Notes under the pieces: model-generated
Seen by the model: only the letters and a program-made list of their open reading frames with translations
What the model was told of the DNA's origin: nothing
Database searches by the model: none
NCBI GenBank assembly: GCA_964016885.1
Contig: OZ024747.1
Span: 21,204,001-21,268,000, forward strand
Reading direction: 5' to 3'
Length of the DNA stretch: 64,000 nt
From: Eledone cirrhosa
Lineage: Eukaryota
Program-made: the position numbers and the translations under genes
Part shown: one piece after another, positions 12,790 through 27,837 of the stretch
Layout of the letters: the number at the start of each line of letters is the position of its first letter
Position numbering within the stretch: position 1 is the stretch's first letter

Positions 12790-12920
12790 AATAAACAGAA
12801 ACAACAAAGCAAAGAATACAGTACAATGAAGAAATATATTAGTTTAATGCTTGTTATAATAAGAAAAGAGTCTTAATATTTCATACACAAGTCCTTCATC
12901 AGAAGGTAGAATGAGAAATA
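12790..12920 (-). mobile_element. Decayed HHR/PLE-type remnant, same family as 46500-46640
   Basis: Minus strand TCTCATTCTACCTT-CTGATGA-AGGACTTGTGTAT-GAAA-TATTAAGAC...CAAGCATTAAACTAATATAT aligns by eye with 46510-46595; stem II degraded. Confidence 0.6.
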
Positions 12921-13346
12921 TGAGAAAAGAAAAAAGATGCGTGTTCAGTGATAGATCCGTAACTTCTGATAGAGTTATATAGGTGCTGTAGTGACATACA
13001 GCATTTCTTGGTCATTTTTAAACCTGGTGGAGTCCATCTCTTTTCCAGGTCTCAACACAGTAAATTTCTTTCAAAGAAGGATAGAGTGTGATAGAAAGGA
13101 ATTAATAAAGAGATATAGAGGAAGAATCAACCACAGGACTAGGCTGGTACTTTTTTTATTGATTTCAAAAGGATCAGCAGAGAGCTGGAATGAATACGAC
13201 AAAGCATTCTACCCAACGTTTTAACCACTCTGCCAATTTGCCAAATCATATGTTTATATATATATATATAGAGATAGATGTATTTTTATATGCACATATA
13301 TACACACATATATATATCATCATTTTCCCTGCTTGAATATATTATA

Positions 13347-13680
13347 CATAATATGTATATATATATATTTATACACACACATATGTATATGTGATATATA
13401 GATAATATGCATATATAAACATATATGCTAATGTTGAAGATAGATGTTAAATGATGATGATGATATATATATGTTTATATATATATATACATAGTATATA
13501 TACATAGTATATATATATATATAAACATATATATATCATCATCATCATTTAACATCTATCTTCAACACTAGCATATATGTTTATATAGGCATATTATCTA
13601 TATCTATATCTATATCTATATCTATCTATATATCACATATACATATGTGTGTGTATAAATATATATATATACATATTATG
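13347..13680. repeat. Fold-back palindrome in TA-rich sequence
   Basis: Arms of ~140-170 bp including GCTAATGTTGAAGATAGATGTTAAA(TGA)n, inverted about ~13500. Confidence 0.8.
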
Positions 13681-15243
13681 ATATATACAATATATTTATA
13701 TACTCACACTCAAACACACATACATACACATATTCTTTACACAGTTTAATTTGGTTATGATATGAACATTATTGATGTCTTCATCATGGACATCACCATC
13801 CCTTTTGTTCTTCCCCTTCTTTGCCATCAATATAATCATCATCAGTATCACATTTATATCGTTATCATCCTTTCTTCTGTCATTATCCACCTTCATCATC
13901 ATTATCATTATTTCCATCACCATCAACATCATTTTTGACATGTTCCTAACATCTCTCACCATCTCAACTTCAAATATATTATTATTAGGATCATCAACAT
14001 CCATATTGCCATGATCACCATCCTCTGACGTAAATTGAGATCACAATCATCATCATCATAATCATCATCATCATCATCATCATCATCATTATCAATATTT
14101 TACTAATCGTTTCCTTCTTCCCTCTCCTCACCATCACCATCATCTTCTTCACATGTTTTTCTGCCTTTTAAATCATTATTCTATTGTCACCATTGTCATC
14201 TTTATCCCCCTCCTCCGCCTTCTCCTCCTTCTCTTCCTCATTATTATTATTATCATCATCATCATCATCATCCCAAAGTTTATTCATTATCCCCCTTTCC
14301 TGCAAAAATCAGAACTAATGTCATCATTTATATTTCAACCATTGTCAGTATTTTTATCATTATCATCAACACAAATATCTTTTTTTAAACTGTTTTATTC
14401 TCATTTTAATTCTTTCATTCCTTTTATTCATTCTTTTCTTCCAATCATTTATTCTATCTCTATATTCATTGATTGTAGGATTCCTTTATTATGGAATTCA
14501 TACAAACCCTTCTATCACAGCTCTTGTAATTGATTCCTTGAATGCATCTGCCATTATCACTAGTACCTTGTTTTATGCTGATCTAACATTACCCCATTGC
14601 TCAAGTAGATATATAGCACACAGAATGGATGGACAGAGCCTTGTTTACAGATCATGCTGCATGACAAGGCTAGATTAACCTTAAAGCAAAAAAGCACATG
14701 TTTAGGGCATCAATAGGGCACCATTTTATTCAAATTAAATGTACTTGTCATTCACCAAGTTCCTTTTTGTATACTTTATATATATGATCATCATAATCTT
14801 GTAAGTGCTTAGGGCCTCACCTGGTACTGCTGCTTTTATAGTTAGACTGCAGTTGCTCAAATAAATTAGGTGGAAAGTATTTTGTTAAAATAATTGATCT
14901 GATCATAAATAAAGGAAGCCATACTGAACATTATTATTCTCTTTTTTTTTTATAAAAGCATGTTTACATTGCTGTTATGCCATTCATTTTTATAAAATGT
15001 ACTTTTGTACAATTTTTAGTGCTTTTTCACCATGCTCCGGGCACTGTATAATGTCGCTTTTCTGTTTGATAATCAATGATGTTCCCACTTTCAACACAGA
15101 TATGATGACTAGATTACTTGTAAAAGATATGTACTTAGAATAAAATCAGTAAGTGAAGATGCCACCATCCATTTTGACATGCTTTTAAATTTGTTAGCAC
15201 ATAAGTCATTTTTATGTGTCAAAATTATTGTAACACTGTTTAA

Positions 15244-15471
15244 CTCTTAACATCCTGTAATCACAGTAGAAAATGTCTAAAAAAGAGATTTGTTAATTCA
15301 AATGTTTATAGTATCTTTACTAGTCGATAGAAATTTGTTTTCAAAATTTGCAATATTAGAGTAAGGGCTTTAATTTTAAATGTGATACAGTTATTAAATG
15401 TGATGCAGTTGTTTTATACTTTTCAAAAATGTTTTGCTAATGCGGTTCCTTGTGGTGCAGGACGTTAAAAG
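15244..15471. mobile_element. TTAA-flanked MITE, family 1 (piggyBac-like)
   Basis: TTAA-CTCTTAACATCCTG...CAGGACGTTAAAAG-TTAA; homologous copies at 58061-58276 and ~35998-36185. Confidence 0.7.
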
Positions 15472-16977
15472 TTAAAGTAGTTAACCAAGTCCAAATTAGT
15501 GAACTGACTGACACACTGTACTTTTGGTAACTGTACACATAATTATTGCACCTGTGTCAATAATGCTACTTTGATGTAATGTTTTGTTTTGTTATATGTT
15601 TTTATATGTTCTTCAGTAACTTGAATTCTCTTGTGATAATTGTAAACCACATAAAACAAGTGAAGTGGTAGTATTAGTATTATTCAGTATTATTATTTTA
15701 GTTTGGATTACACAGAATGTAGCTAATTAAATATTTCACAGTACCATGAGATTATGTTTGTGAAACCTAAAATTCAGATGTTTGAATAATTAAGGTTTGA
15801 CTGTATATACACTTGTTTGGGGGGATATACACATGGGGCAGTTGCTAGCCCTCTATTTAACCCTTCCATTACTATATTTTCTCTTAGAGCAGTTTAACCA
15901 ATTTTGAGTGAGTGATGGAAAGTAAGAAAGAATGAGAATAAGAAGAACCAGAACAGCCCACAGAACTTAGTATGAAAATAGTATTTCATTTATCTATTCT
16001 AGAAAGACAGGAGGCAAAGTTAACCTTAGCAAGATTTTAACGCAGAACACAAAAAGCTAGAGTTATTACCATCATCATTATCACTTTTAACGTCTATTTT
16101 CCATGCTTCTATAGGTTAGATGGGCTGTCATGTGCTCTGGGCCAAGTAACCATGTCTTGCCTGTATCCTCCAGTTTTGGTTTGGTGCCTATGGTTGGATG
16201 CTCTTTTAAATGGTAACCACTTTACAGCATGTACTGGGAGCTGTTATCATAATTCTAACAGTAACACCATACTCTATGGACTGGGTGCTTCTCATCATGG
16301 CACTAACAGTTCCTCATTACAGCACCTTGTCGGGTTACAGGGACATTGATGGGAGTGGGATATTTATAAATAAGAGCGATGCAGGCTACCAAAAGTCATT
16401 TGTCCAACATTTCCCAAACAACTGTTTTTCAACAATATAGTTTTAGATAAACAGACAAAACGACCAGGTGTTCAGTGACATACTCTGTGTTTCAATTAAT
16501 TAATGAAGAATTTTGAAGGATTTACTAAATATATTAATAATTTCATTATTAATGTGGTATTTCTAACGAATGGTTCTTATATAAAAATCTGTTGAACGTT
16601 TTTTATTTCAAACAGAACTCTTTAAAATTGGTGGTTTGATTCAATAGAAACAAACGTAAGTAAGATGGGTTGGTAGCAAAAGGGTTAACAGCATCAACAC
16701 TAAAACATTGTATCAATTCTGTTCCTATGGTAAGATATACATTGAAGATGGCGCCAGAAGAGATTCTTGAAAACAGTCCTTATCATTGTAAATGTCACGT
16801 GTACTGAAGAACACAGAATACCCCAAGACAAATGATTCCTTATACTCTTAAAAGAGAACAATGCCAACCATTTAACTAATATATTCTCTTTTAGTTTCCT
16901 TATCCACACCAATTATTATATTCTCTGCATACTAACTGTTGTGTGTGTACATGTGTGATTGTGTATGTGTGTATATA

Positions 16978-17021
<44 letters not shown>

Positions 17022-17083
17022 TATATACACACATACATATACACACATGTATATATATATATATATATACATGTGTATGTGTG

Positions 17084-17151
<68 letters not shown>

Positions 17152-18040
17152 GCGTGTGCATATATACATACATTCACATACAAACACATGCTCACATACA
17201 TCTTCATAACAAATATAAAACCAAATTGGAAAATTCTAAAGTCACTTGTTAATTTCTTTTTTAAAAAAGAATATTTAACTTTACTGCACATGCTAAGTTC
17301 TTTATTAGGTAATCTTTTACACGGGTTTTAACATGTTTTACATATAATTTTTTTAAAAAAGCATGTTTGTTCTTTATATTTATATACATAAGCACCAATA
17401 TTGCAAAAAAACATTCCACCAACGACGACGATGGCTAATGAAACCATATATCTACTTATTTAAATATTGTGAATTTGGGAAAACATCCTTCCCAAAATGT
17501 TTCACATAAGGAAACCAACACAACAATTGAAACTGCTATTTATATTCAACTCATGAACTGCCAATTGTAAGTGATAATAGGGGCACAGCTACATGGTCGA
17601 ACTACTTGCTAGAAATAGCAGCCAAATCTACATCTTATCACATTCTACCATCTTAAAAAGAAACACAGATAATGTTTTCTGGAGTATGGTATACCTCCCT
17701 CCAAATACAAATGGGATAGTCATAGGTGGCGTGGTTTATTCATAGTTCTGTTTCATCAGGACTGATTTGGGAGTTAACCAAGACCCACAACAAATAAGTC
17801 TAAGTGATGTTAATTTATATGAAGAATTATGAGTATTGAATCTAATGGGTATATTTAGTATAGAGGTAGATAGTAGTAATGTGTTAGCACCAACACCATT
17901 CTATTTTTTTTATCCTATATGTCATTTGTGTTCCAATGTAGTCTTAATGATTTTAATATTTTTAAATATATATATTTTAAAGTAAGATTTAGGAAGTAAA
18001 TATATTGGTTTTGTCTTCTGAAAACATAGACACACACACA

Positions 18041-18080
<40 letters not shown>

Positions 18081-18897
18081 TCATCACCATTTTACGTCCG
18101 TTCTTCCATGCTAGCATGTATATATATATATATATGTGTATGTGTGTATGTGTGTGTGTATATATGTATGTATGTATGTGTGTGTGTAAGAAGTAGATAA
18201 ATCAAAAGATACATTCATATGAATGTATGCATACTCATATGTTAACTAACACACACACGCACATATGTAGATATATGTGTGAAAGCTTGTGTATGTAAGT
18301 GTACATTTGCAAGTGTATAGGTATGTATGTATTTAAAATTTAATGTATGAGATGTTCTAGAAAAGCTGTCATTGCAATTAATTGAAACAAGAAAGCCATA
18401 CAGTATGATTTTCACAATGTATATTACATATCTTCCAATATAAATTGTTATATTTATATATCTGTTAACATCTGAAGTCCCATAATAATTTTATGTTGAT
18501 TGTTGATTTTTTTCTTTGAAGCTTTGAAAATGCCAAAATATCAACTATATGCTATGTAAACAATTTATTACAAAAAATGAGTGATATAAATTATGTCTTT
18601 CTTGTTCCACTTAATATACTTGCATGCTGAGAATTCAGTGACAGAGTACTAAGAATCTTACAGCCAGAAACCCAGCAGTGATGATATGCTTCTAGAAATA
18701 ATTTATTCTAACTAAATTAGACTATTACTCAAAACTTTGGTCTGCTAGTAGCCCTGAACTTACCTACCAGCTGGAAATATTGTGGACATCTTTCATACAA
18801 AAAAAGAATCTAAGTCAGAAATCTGCTCTACTTAAAATAACTTCACACATTACATCTCTACTTTCTGAGATGTCAACAAGAATGATATATCATCATT

Positions 18898-19085
18898 GTG
18901 GTTTGGCAGTATCAGTAGAGGGTCTGACGCCATGCTTTGCAGCAAAGAGTTATGGCCCTTTATAGTCTGAGTTCAAATGCCGCCGAGGTTAATTTTGCCT
19001 TTCATCCTATCGGGGTCAATAAAATAAAGCACCTGCAATGCACTGGGATAATTGCTGGCCTTGTGCCAAAAGTAGAAACAATTAT
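18898..19085 (+). mobile_element. SINE family B copy
   Basis: Colinear with 2049-2228. Confidence 0.85.
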
Positions 19086-19510
19086 TTAACATCTATTTTC
19101 CAGCTTGCTGTCATATACTGAAGCTAGACAGGCTAGGTGTCAACATGTTGCTAAATGCTCCATTTTTTGTTTAGTTTTCTATGGCTGGATGCTCTTCCTA
19201 ACACCAACCACTTTACAAGGTACACTGGGAACTTCTTTATCATGGCCCCAGAACTACCACCTTACAGGGTGGATTTGATGCTTTTTGCTATGGCACCAGC
19301 CTTACCATCTTACAATATGGACTAAAAGCTTTTCATTTTGGGACCAGCAATACTACATGACAGTGTGGACAGGATTCATTTTGTCATAGAACCAGCTCTT
19401 CCCCCTTTATAGAGTAGACTGGGTTTTTTTATCATGGCACAAACACTACCACCTTACAAGGTGAGAGGGTGATTTTTCTCATGGCTCTAACACTACCTCA
19501 TTACAACACT
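19085..19510 (-). mobile_element. Old RTE-type 3' tail with ~46-bp tandem subrepeats
   Basis: GGCTGGATGCTCTTCCTAACACCAACC motif followed by about six diverged ATGGCACCAGCACTACCACCTTACA units; a similar block lies at ~20530-20820. Confidence 0.6.
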
Positions 19511-21476
19511 ATGATGCTCAGTGTGTCAGGCTAGGGAGGTACTGGTGAGAGTGGGGGTTGTAAAAAGAGGTGAGACTGATGCTGACCAAATGCTGATTGC
19601 TGGGGATGTGGAGCACATTCTACTGTTTGACCCTTTATTAAATTTTATTATCTTACCTTAAACGTAAGCTCCGCTCCCAGTGAAGCAATGCAGTGATCAG
19701 GTTTTTGCCCATTAATATAGCAATTTCATTTGGTTGACATTTTTAATGTTGTTGAAGAAGGTATAAACACCATTTAATTTTATATTTACTCCAAGATCAA
19801 TACAATGATATGAGGAAATCAATGCTTTTATTCCTCACAAGATAAATACTGTTCAACTAATGTTCTTGCTCTCTCATGAGATGAGCAAGATCCTTTTATA
19901 GTGGATTTGTAGTGGTGGGGTGTCTGTAATAATAAGGATAATGATGATTAAAAACAATGATAATGATGATGATGTAATGATGATGATTATAATGGGAGAG
20001 CCACTATTGGTTTAAAGAACTACAAAATGTAGTTTGTTTTAGTGCTTTACAGGCACACACTCACATACACTTATGCACATCCTCCTTGCACTTATTGTAC
20101 AACAAAAGCAATCCAACTCAGTTAAATAAGTTCCTCTTCTGTAGTGTTATCCTCATACATCATTCATATATATATAATGCTTTTAAAAGAAGTAGAAAAA
20201 GGTATAAAAGTCATAAATTCACATTTTCTTTCATCTGAAAATGCTGATGCCTTTGCCCTTATTTAACAAATCAATAATCAATAGTTTTTTTTGTACGTAT
20301 CAATGTTGAGTAGAGTTCAGGTGTTATACTTGCATGATTAATTTCCAGTGAAAAAGACATGAAACTCAAAGATTCTCATTTTCCCTTGTAAGTTTGAAGC
20401 TTTATACACATCTTTGCAAGGTATCAACATTGCCTTTCATGACCAGCTTCGTAGAATGAAACAAAAGGACACTTGTATATCAACCTCAGTTCACTTTCAA
20501 TTCTTTGCTAAAGTCGATATCATTAAAATCATCACTGTTTAATGTCCATTTTCCATGCTTGCATAGGTTAGACAGGTTGTTTTCTCATATGCTCCATCTT
20601 TGGCTTGGTTTCTATGGCCAGATGCACTTCTAATGCCAAACACATTACAGCATGTACAGGGAGAATTTTGTCATGGCACCTGCACTACCACTTTACAGAA
20701 TAGACAGGGTGATATTTGTCATGGCACCAGCGCTACCACCTTACAAGGTGAGCTGGGGGATTTTTGTCATGGTACAAAAACTAACACTTTAGAGGGTTGA
20801 CTGGGTGCTTTTTGTTATGGAATTACCTTTAATAAAATATTGAATATCATACATACTTTTCTTTCTTTTTTAATCCCTATTCTTAGCACACTTTAAGCTA
20901 TTTATTCCCTTTCCTTGCATGCTTAAAAATCAAGAAGTACTGGTATCTTATACAATAGAAAATATTTCTTAATTTCTTCAACGTTGCCAGTGCTTCACTG
21001 CAACTACTATACAATCATTTTCAATTCCTTTGTGGAGTGGTAATGATAGCAATGAAAGTAAATAGACATTGTTAATATATTACAGACATAGTTAACACAT
21101 TTCCATCTCTAAAGTGAAAGTAAGGTGCTATTATTAACTCATTTGTCATATCTAAAGTGAAAATGAGGAGGCATGAACATATTTATCTTGTGGCATGAAC
21201 ATATGTATCTTGTGAACAAGGGCTCACACTGAATGCTGTTAGTTCACAAAACATTGCAATTTAACTATACACTGCTGCCACTCAGGTTATAGAGATGAAC
21301 CATACCATACAGCAGTACCTTTTTACAGCTTATAAGCTACAGAATAAAGCCATTATAAATTAGAAGTCAACAGCAACCTCTTTCGTATTTATCTAATACC
21401 ATATCTACCCAAATATTGTTAGATCTCTTCTTTGTGCATTTTTTAAAATAAGGCTGTGAATTGGTAGAGTCTTTAA

Positions 21477-21701
21477 TCCTTTCGTTACCATATTTTTAAT
21501 GAAATACGCTACCTATGATTTTCAAATGATGGATTTTGAGTGATTTAGTAATAATAATAACCTTTCTCATTATTAAGCTGTTGTTTCGAACATAAAGATT
21601 TCTACAAAAATTATAGTGAAAGGTTTTTATATAAATATAAACAAAAAAAGTTTGGCATCATAAAACCAATGGTGGTTTCATGTCATTTGGTATCAAAGGG
21701 G
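21477..21701. mobile_element. TTAA-flanked MITE, family 2 (piggyBac-like)
   Basis: TTAA-TCCTTTCGTTACCA...TGGTATCAAAGGGG-TTAA; related to 34237-34659 and ~16470-16688. Confidence 0.65.
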
Positions 21702-22320
21702 TTAAATCACAGAACAAAATACTTTATGGTATTTGTTCTAGTTCTCTACATTTTGGGTTCTTGGGTATAAATTTGTCTTTCATCTTTTGTGGGTAAATAA
21801 AAAGAGCAGGGAATTGGCAGAATTATTAGAACATCAAACAAGATGCATTGCAGTTTTTGTTTCAGCTATTTGTGTTAGGATTTCAAATCTCACTATGACT
21901 TACTTGGGTAGCAGATGTAATGTGAAATGAATAGAATCTTGTAGAAAGCATTTTAATCATACAGCTGAATCTCTGTAACCATGTAAAAATAAATGATATT
22001 CTGTTGTACAAATTAGCCCTTTAAAGATAAAGCTGATTATTGAATCACCATTTGTGTTAGAAAGAAGAGAGAGATAATCTCTTCAAGAATATGTGTGTGC
22101 ATGTATGTCTGTGCGAGCCTGTGTGTGTAAGAACACTCTTCAAAATACTCATGGGTCAAAAGACATATTTATGGAAAAAGATATTCATAGAAAAACAAAC
22201 TGGTTGAAAGTCAAATGGAATGAAAATACATTAATCAAAGTAAAGGCAAGATTTTCATCAATATTTTAATATTAAAAATGAGTAAAAAAATTATTTTTTT
22301 AAATAATGATTTATTTTAAA

Positions 22321-22724
22321 TAATTATTTATACTTTTGGCACAAGGCCAGCAATTATTCCAGTGCATTACTGGTACTTTATTTTATAAAACTCCGCAAGG
22401 ATGAAAGGCAAAGTTAACCTTTGGATTTTAACTCAGACCGTAAAGGGCCGTAACCCTATGCTGAAAAGCATGGCATCCGACCCTCTACTAATACTGCCAA
22501 TCACCAATCCTTTTTTTTAAATAATGGTTTCTGATTTAGGCTCAAGGCCAACAATTTTGGGGGAGAGGAAGTCAATTGAATTAACTCTAGTATCTTCTTT
22601 TATCAACCCTATAAGGATGAAATGTAAAGCTAACCTCGGCAGGATTTGAATTCAGATTGTAAAGGGCCTTAACTTTATGCTGCAAAGCATGTTGATTGAC
22701 TCTCTACTGGTACTGCCAATACAC
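22321..22724 (-). mobile_element. Two tandem SINE family B copies
   Basis: 22321-22505 and 22521-22724 are each reverse-complement colinear with 2049-2228. Confidence 0.8.
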
Positions 22725-22789
22725 TGTCCTTTTAAATACTGATTTTTAATTTAGGCACGAGGCCACCAATTTGAAGGAAGGATTAGTCA

Positions 22790-23170
22790 ATGAGAGCATA
22801 ATAGCTAGAATAAAGATAGGATGGAAAATGTTTAGTGAGCTACTCCCACTTTTGACAACAAAAGGTTTCTCTCTGTATACAAAAGAGTGACTATATGATG
22901 CCTGTGTGTGAAGTGGTAGTGAAACAGGGCTGTAACTGCTGAGAACTGTTACATATGTAACTGCTGTTACATATGTAACAGTCTACATATGTAGACTGGA
23001 GAGAAATGAAGCATCCATGCTTCATTGGATGTGCAATGTAAATGTGAGAGAAAGACATTGCTTGGATGAATTGAGAGAGAAGCTGGGTTTAAGAGGAATC
23101 CAAGGTGGTGTGCAGGAGAGAAAACTGCATTGGTAGTGACATGTGCTGTCAATTTGAAGAAGTGCCAGGA
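22790..23170 (+). mobile_element. Decayed RTE LINE C-terminal fragment
   Basis: Reads ARIKIGWKMFSELLPLLTTKGFSL...LYDACV, homologous to TRVRTGWKKFRELLPLLAAKG in the 50610-51284 ORF. Confidence 0.7.
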
Positions 23171-24101
23171 AATGCCAGCAGGAGGAAGCTCATTAAAATT
23201 TACACATACAATGCATTTCCTATCTCACTCATGTTGCTACTATAAGAAGTAGAAACTGCTTTCCAATCACAAGTTCTTGGGTTCTATCCCTACATTTATC
23301 TCCATAAATAGTTATTTTTCTGAGGTTACTCCTATATTTAATCCTGACAGTCTATAATTATATCCTAGAAATTAATCAAAATATCATCTTCAATCACTAG
23401 TCAGTAGTCAATATAAACTTTAGGGTTTCTCTTGTGCATACCACTAATTTTTCAGGGTTATCTGATATATGATTGTTCATGTATCAGATAACCCTGGAAT
23501 ATGATATATCAATCCTGGACTCAAAAACTCGAGTATGTTAAACACTATCGGAGTTATAGCACAGGACCACTAATGTTAGAAATAATTATAACAATGAGGA
23601 TGGAGATGGGATAATGAAATAATTGAGTGTCACACAAAATTATCTGCAGCATTGAGTTACCTTTAATAAGCTTCTCCTATCAAAACACACCATGGTAAAC
23701 TTTGCCTGCCCCACCCCTTTTATGGTTCTAAAATAAGTACCAATCAAATTATTGGTTTCATCTAATTGTCTGTACTTCAGTGATAAAGTTCATAGTCATG
23801 TACCATTGTTAAAAAACATTATTATTATTAATACCACCAAAGAAGTTAATATATTCAAATGTCTGTGTATTCGATACTAAGCATCAAACGCATGCACACA
23901 CAGATACAGACACCATACACACATGCACAGACACACAGACACACACAAAACACCTGTTGAGATTAAGTTTCAATGTATTTCTATTTATGTATCTTTTCTT
24001 ATTAAAAAAAACAGATTAACTGAAAATAAATTGGAAATATAATTAATTTCAAAAATAATTTTCTTCTTATCATTTTAATATCACAATAAGTTGTTTCAGA
24101 A

Positions 24102-24174
<73 letters not shown>

Positions 24175-24273
24175 TGTTTCTTTTTTATTGGCAATACTGG
24201 GAACATGACCATCCCCAAATATAACAATACTGGTGTCAAGATACAATTGTACATCAAGAATCTTGCAAAACAA

Positions 24274-24306
<33 letters not shown>

Positions 24307-24481
24307 ACGAAGGAAAAGTGGTAAGGAACCAGGTGGACCATAACGCACCAAAGTACTCAATACTTAGGGTAGTAAAGTGGGTAATAGGAACAAGCAAGAC
24401 CCCGACGGCTGAGCTCAAGCCGTTTTGGACTGAATTAGCCGTCGAAACGGCTTGAGCTCACCCGTCGGGGTCTTGCTTGTT

Positions 24482-24486
<5 letters not shown>
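24307..24486. mobile_element. Short inverted-repeat element with half-hammerheads and left-side tail
   Basis: Arms 24384-24425 / 24445-24486 contain (G)AAACGGCT-TGAGCTC-A(G/C)CCGTC (stem III plus GUC). Tail has AGTATTGAGTAC on the minus strand; (TA)n flanks. Confidence 0.65.
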
Positions 24487-24526
<40 letters not shown>

Positions 24527-25220
24527 AATGTAATCTGAGTTTTTCGAATATTAATAATAATATTCGATTCATTTGCAATTATGCAAACAAGCCTCATTTT
24601 TAAAGCCATGTATATATATGGATATATTGTAAACACACATACATCTATAAATACCCACAAATATGTTTTTTGGCAATATGTGCTTTTGACCAACAAATTT
24701 ATTTTCTATAAGTGGGCCTTATCCCATACATAGAACTTTTTAAATAAGAATAATCATCTGATAACATTAAGCAGAATATATAAAAAATATCTTGAGTATG
24801 ATTGGAATCCACTAATTTTGCTAATAATTACTGTTTGATAATATTATGTAATTATAATTAGCAGCTTCTAATTTGTGTTTTTGTGTGTATGTGTGTGTTG
24901 TGAATATGTGATATTAGTCTTGTACACCAACATAAGATGGTAAAATTTCTGTATACTAGTTTTGATCTTAGTTCTGATCCTTATATAATCTAGTCATGAA
25001 TTTGATTTCAAATACAATACAATACACTATCAGAAACCAAGGTTAAGTTAAATTGAAATTATATTGATTATAGAATAACCTAACGTATATTTTGTAAAGG
25101 TAATGGTCTTTAGTTATATAGTAACATAGCTTGAGACAACAAACACCACCAGAAGTCACTGATATATATATACATATATGTTTAATGAGGTATAATATGT
25201 TTTATTGTGGAGGTTATAAT

Positions 25221-25377
25221 ATAATTGTTTCTACTTTTTTGGCACAAGGCCAGCAATTATCCCAGTGTATTACTGGTACTTTATTTTATCGATGAGATGA
25301 AAGGCAAAGTTAACCTCGGCGGGATTTGAACTCAGTCCGTAAAGGGATGTAACTGTGCTGCAAAGCATGGCGTCCGA
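25221..25377 (-). mobile_element. SINE family B copy (5' truncated)
   Basis: Reverse-complement colinear with 2049-2228. Confidence 0.8.
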
Positions 25378-25607
25378 AATATAATGTCTGCATTAATGAT
25401 TTGTATTTTGTCTCCACTGTTTGTTAGTTTGGGTATGATCAAATGTTAAAGGGTTAGTTTTAGATGATTAATTGTATTAAACATTGAATTAATTGTATTA
25501 AACATTGACTTTATTTTTTTTAGTTGAATAATTGTATTTTGTATCTTGGTTGATTTAGATTTGATGTATTTGTTTACTTTTATTTCGATGTTATGATAAA
25601 ATAAGAT

Positions 25608-25882
25608 ATCATCATCATCATCATCATCAACACCATTTTAGGTCCGTTCTTCCACGCTAGCATGGGTTAGACAGGTTGTCTGTTGTGGGCAGTGTCCGGT
25701 CGGCTGGCCTTTTGTCTTGCTTATACGGGAACTGATTCTGGCTTGATTTATACAGCTGGATGCCCTTCCTAACACCAACCTCATTTACAGTGAGTGCTGG
25801 GTGCTTTTTTGCCGTGGCGCCTACACATCCACTTTACAGTGTGGGCTGGGTGCTTTTTTGCGATGGCACCTCCACGACAACT
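25608..25882 (-). mobile_element. RTE LINE 3' tail fragment
   Basis: Reverse complement of ~8800-9072 including the (CAT)n tail. Confidence 0.8.
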
Positions 25883-26111
25883 TATATATATATATATATA
25901 ATAAATAAGAGAGACGGTTTTATTCATACATCTTCATTTTATTACTTCCATCAACGATGTCAGAGTGTTTATATAATAACGCCCTGGGATGTTTTCATCA
26001 GATAGTGTAAGATGTATTTTCCTATCTTTTGATATGTTACTGGTTTCTCGTGGTGTTTACATCACTGGCCAGTACCCAGAATAGTATTGAATTATATATA
26101 ATATATATATA

Positions 26112-26189
<78 letters not shown>

Positions 26190-27452
26190 TATATACACTA
26201 TTCTATGTCTATTAACATTTAAATGGTTTGAGAATAGTTATACTGTGCCTTGAATGTTATAAAAGGTAACTAAATTAGTTGACAAGAGGAAGGGCATCTG
26301 ATTATAAAACACTGCGTCAGAAAATCCTTCTAACCTAAGCCAGTATGGAAAAGCATACAGAAAAACAATGATAACAATGATAACAAGATTATTAATAACA
26401 TCCTTATTGGTTTCAGTTTTTTTTTATATCTTCTATCTTCAGATTAGTAAAAATATTGGTAGGCAGACCCATCACCAGACTGGGATGGGATGGGATGGTG
26501 CTAGAGAACATTCTGGGTGGACACTCTAATTGACAATAATTCTAAGGTGGAGTTTCAGAATAAGGATATCACCATAAATATTTCTAAATCTTAGGATGCA
26601 CCATTGGAAATTAGGGAAGGGAGGGGGGCGAGGTTCAATTCCAGCACCACCACGACCCACCCACCCCATCTTTACCCTCCTTGGTGATGGCTCTATTGAT
26701 AGGTTTCATCTCCAAAGAGATTCCAGTTGATAAAGTAAGATAATGTTTATTTTTACTAACATTTATCACTGTTGATGATTTTGCCAAACCATACATGTTT
26801 ACAACTAATATCTAGGAATAATGTTTAGAGCAGGCGTTCCCAAATGTTTGTGTTGTGAGTAAAAAATAGTTCCATCTTGATTTGCTATAGAAACATCAGT
26901 AAGCAATAGTCTCTAAAGGGTTAAAAATCATCCATTAGCTGGGTGTGGTCTTCAATCTATTTATTTTAGTCATTTAGATATTATTTTCATTTATATTTAT
27001 ATTTCTGTCTATATATTTATCTAAAGATTCTTCATATTTTTGTGTTTATTTTTATATTTCATCTATATATTTATTCATAAGTTCTTTTGTTTGTTCTTAT
27101 ATATATGTATTTGTGTGTGAGAGAGAGTGTGTGTGTATGTGTGTGTGTGCATATATAAATATGGGGCAGGGATGCCTGCATACTTAAATTTGCTTCACAA
27201 CCACATGTTTTTGAGTTTGACTCCACTGTGTGGAAGTACATTGTGTATATATATATATTTATTATTATTACTATATATATATATATATATATGTATATAT
27301 CATCATCATCATCGATCAATGTCCATCTTCCATGCTAGCATGGGTTAGATGGGTCTTATTTTTAGGCAAGTTGTGTTGGGTGACTGTGTCTTGCTCAAAT
27401 AGGGGTGTTTCTGGCTGGTTTTCTACAACTGGATGCCCTTCCTAATGCTATG

Positions 27453-27494
<42 letters not shown>

Positions 27495-27497
27495 CAT

Positions 27498-27837
27498 ATC
27501 ATCATCATCATTTCATTTTATGTCCGCTTTTCTCTGCTTGCAAGGGTGGGACGAGGAACTGATTCTGGCTTGATTTCTACAGCTGGATGCCCTTCCTAAC
27601 ACCAACCTCATTTACAGTGAGTGCTGGGTGCTTTTTTGCCATGGCACCTCCACGACTACTTTGCAGTGGAATGATAGGGACCCCAGTCCCTATCATCTCA
27701 TTTTTACAGCTGAGTAAACTGGAGCAATGTGAAATAAAGTGTCTTGCTCAAGGAAACAACACATCACCCGGTCTGAGAATTGAACTCACAACCTTTCGAT
27801 TGCAAGGCCAATGCTCTAACCTAAGCCACATGCCTCC
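27498..27837 (-). mobile_element. tRNA-derived CORE-type SINE (family A) with RTE-derived tail
   Basis: Reverse complement of 49246-49587. Confidence 0.88.

Noticed and set aside
16720-16830. Peptide TLKMAPEEIL... reminiscent of a transposon C-terminal Cys-rich region
   Set aside because: Too short and frameshifted to support.
25910-26010. Minus-strand CTGATGA followed by a long hairpin in a TA-flanked island
   Set aside because: No correctly placed GAAA and cleavage site; may be a decayed member but is unsupported.
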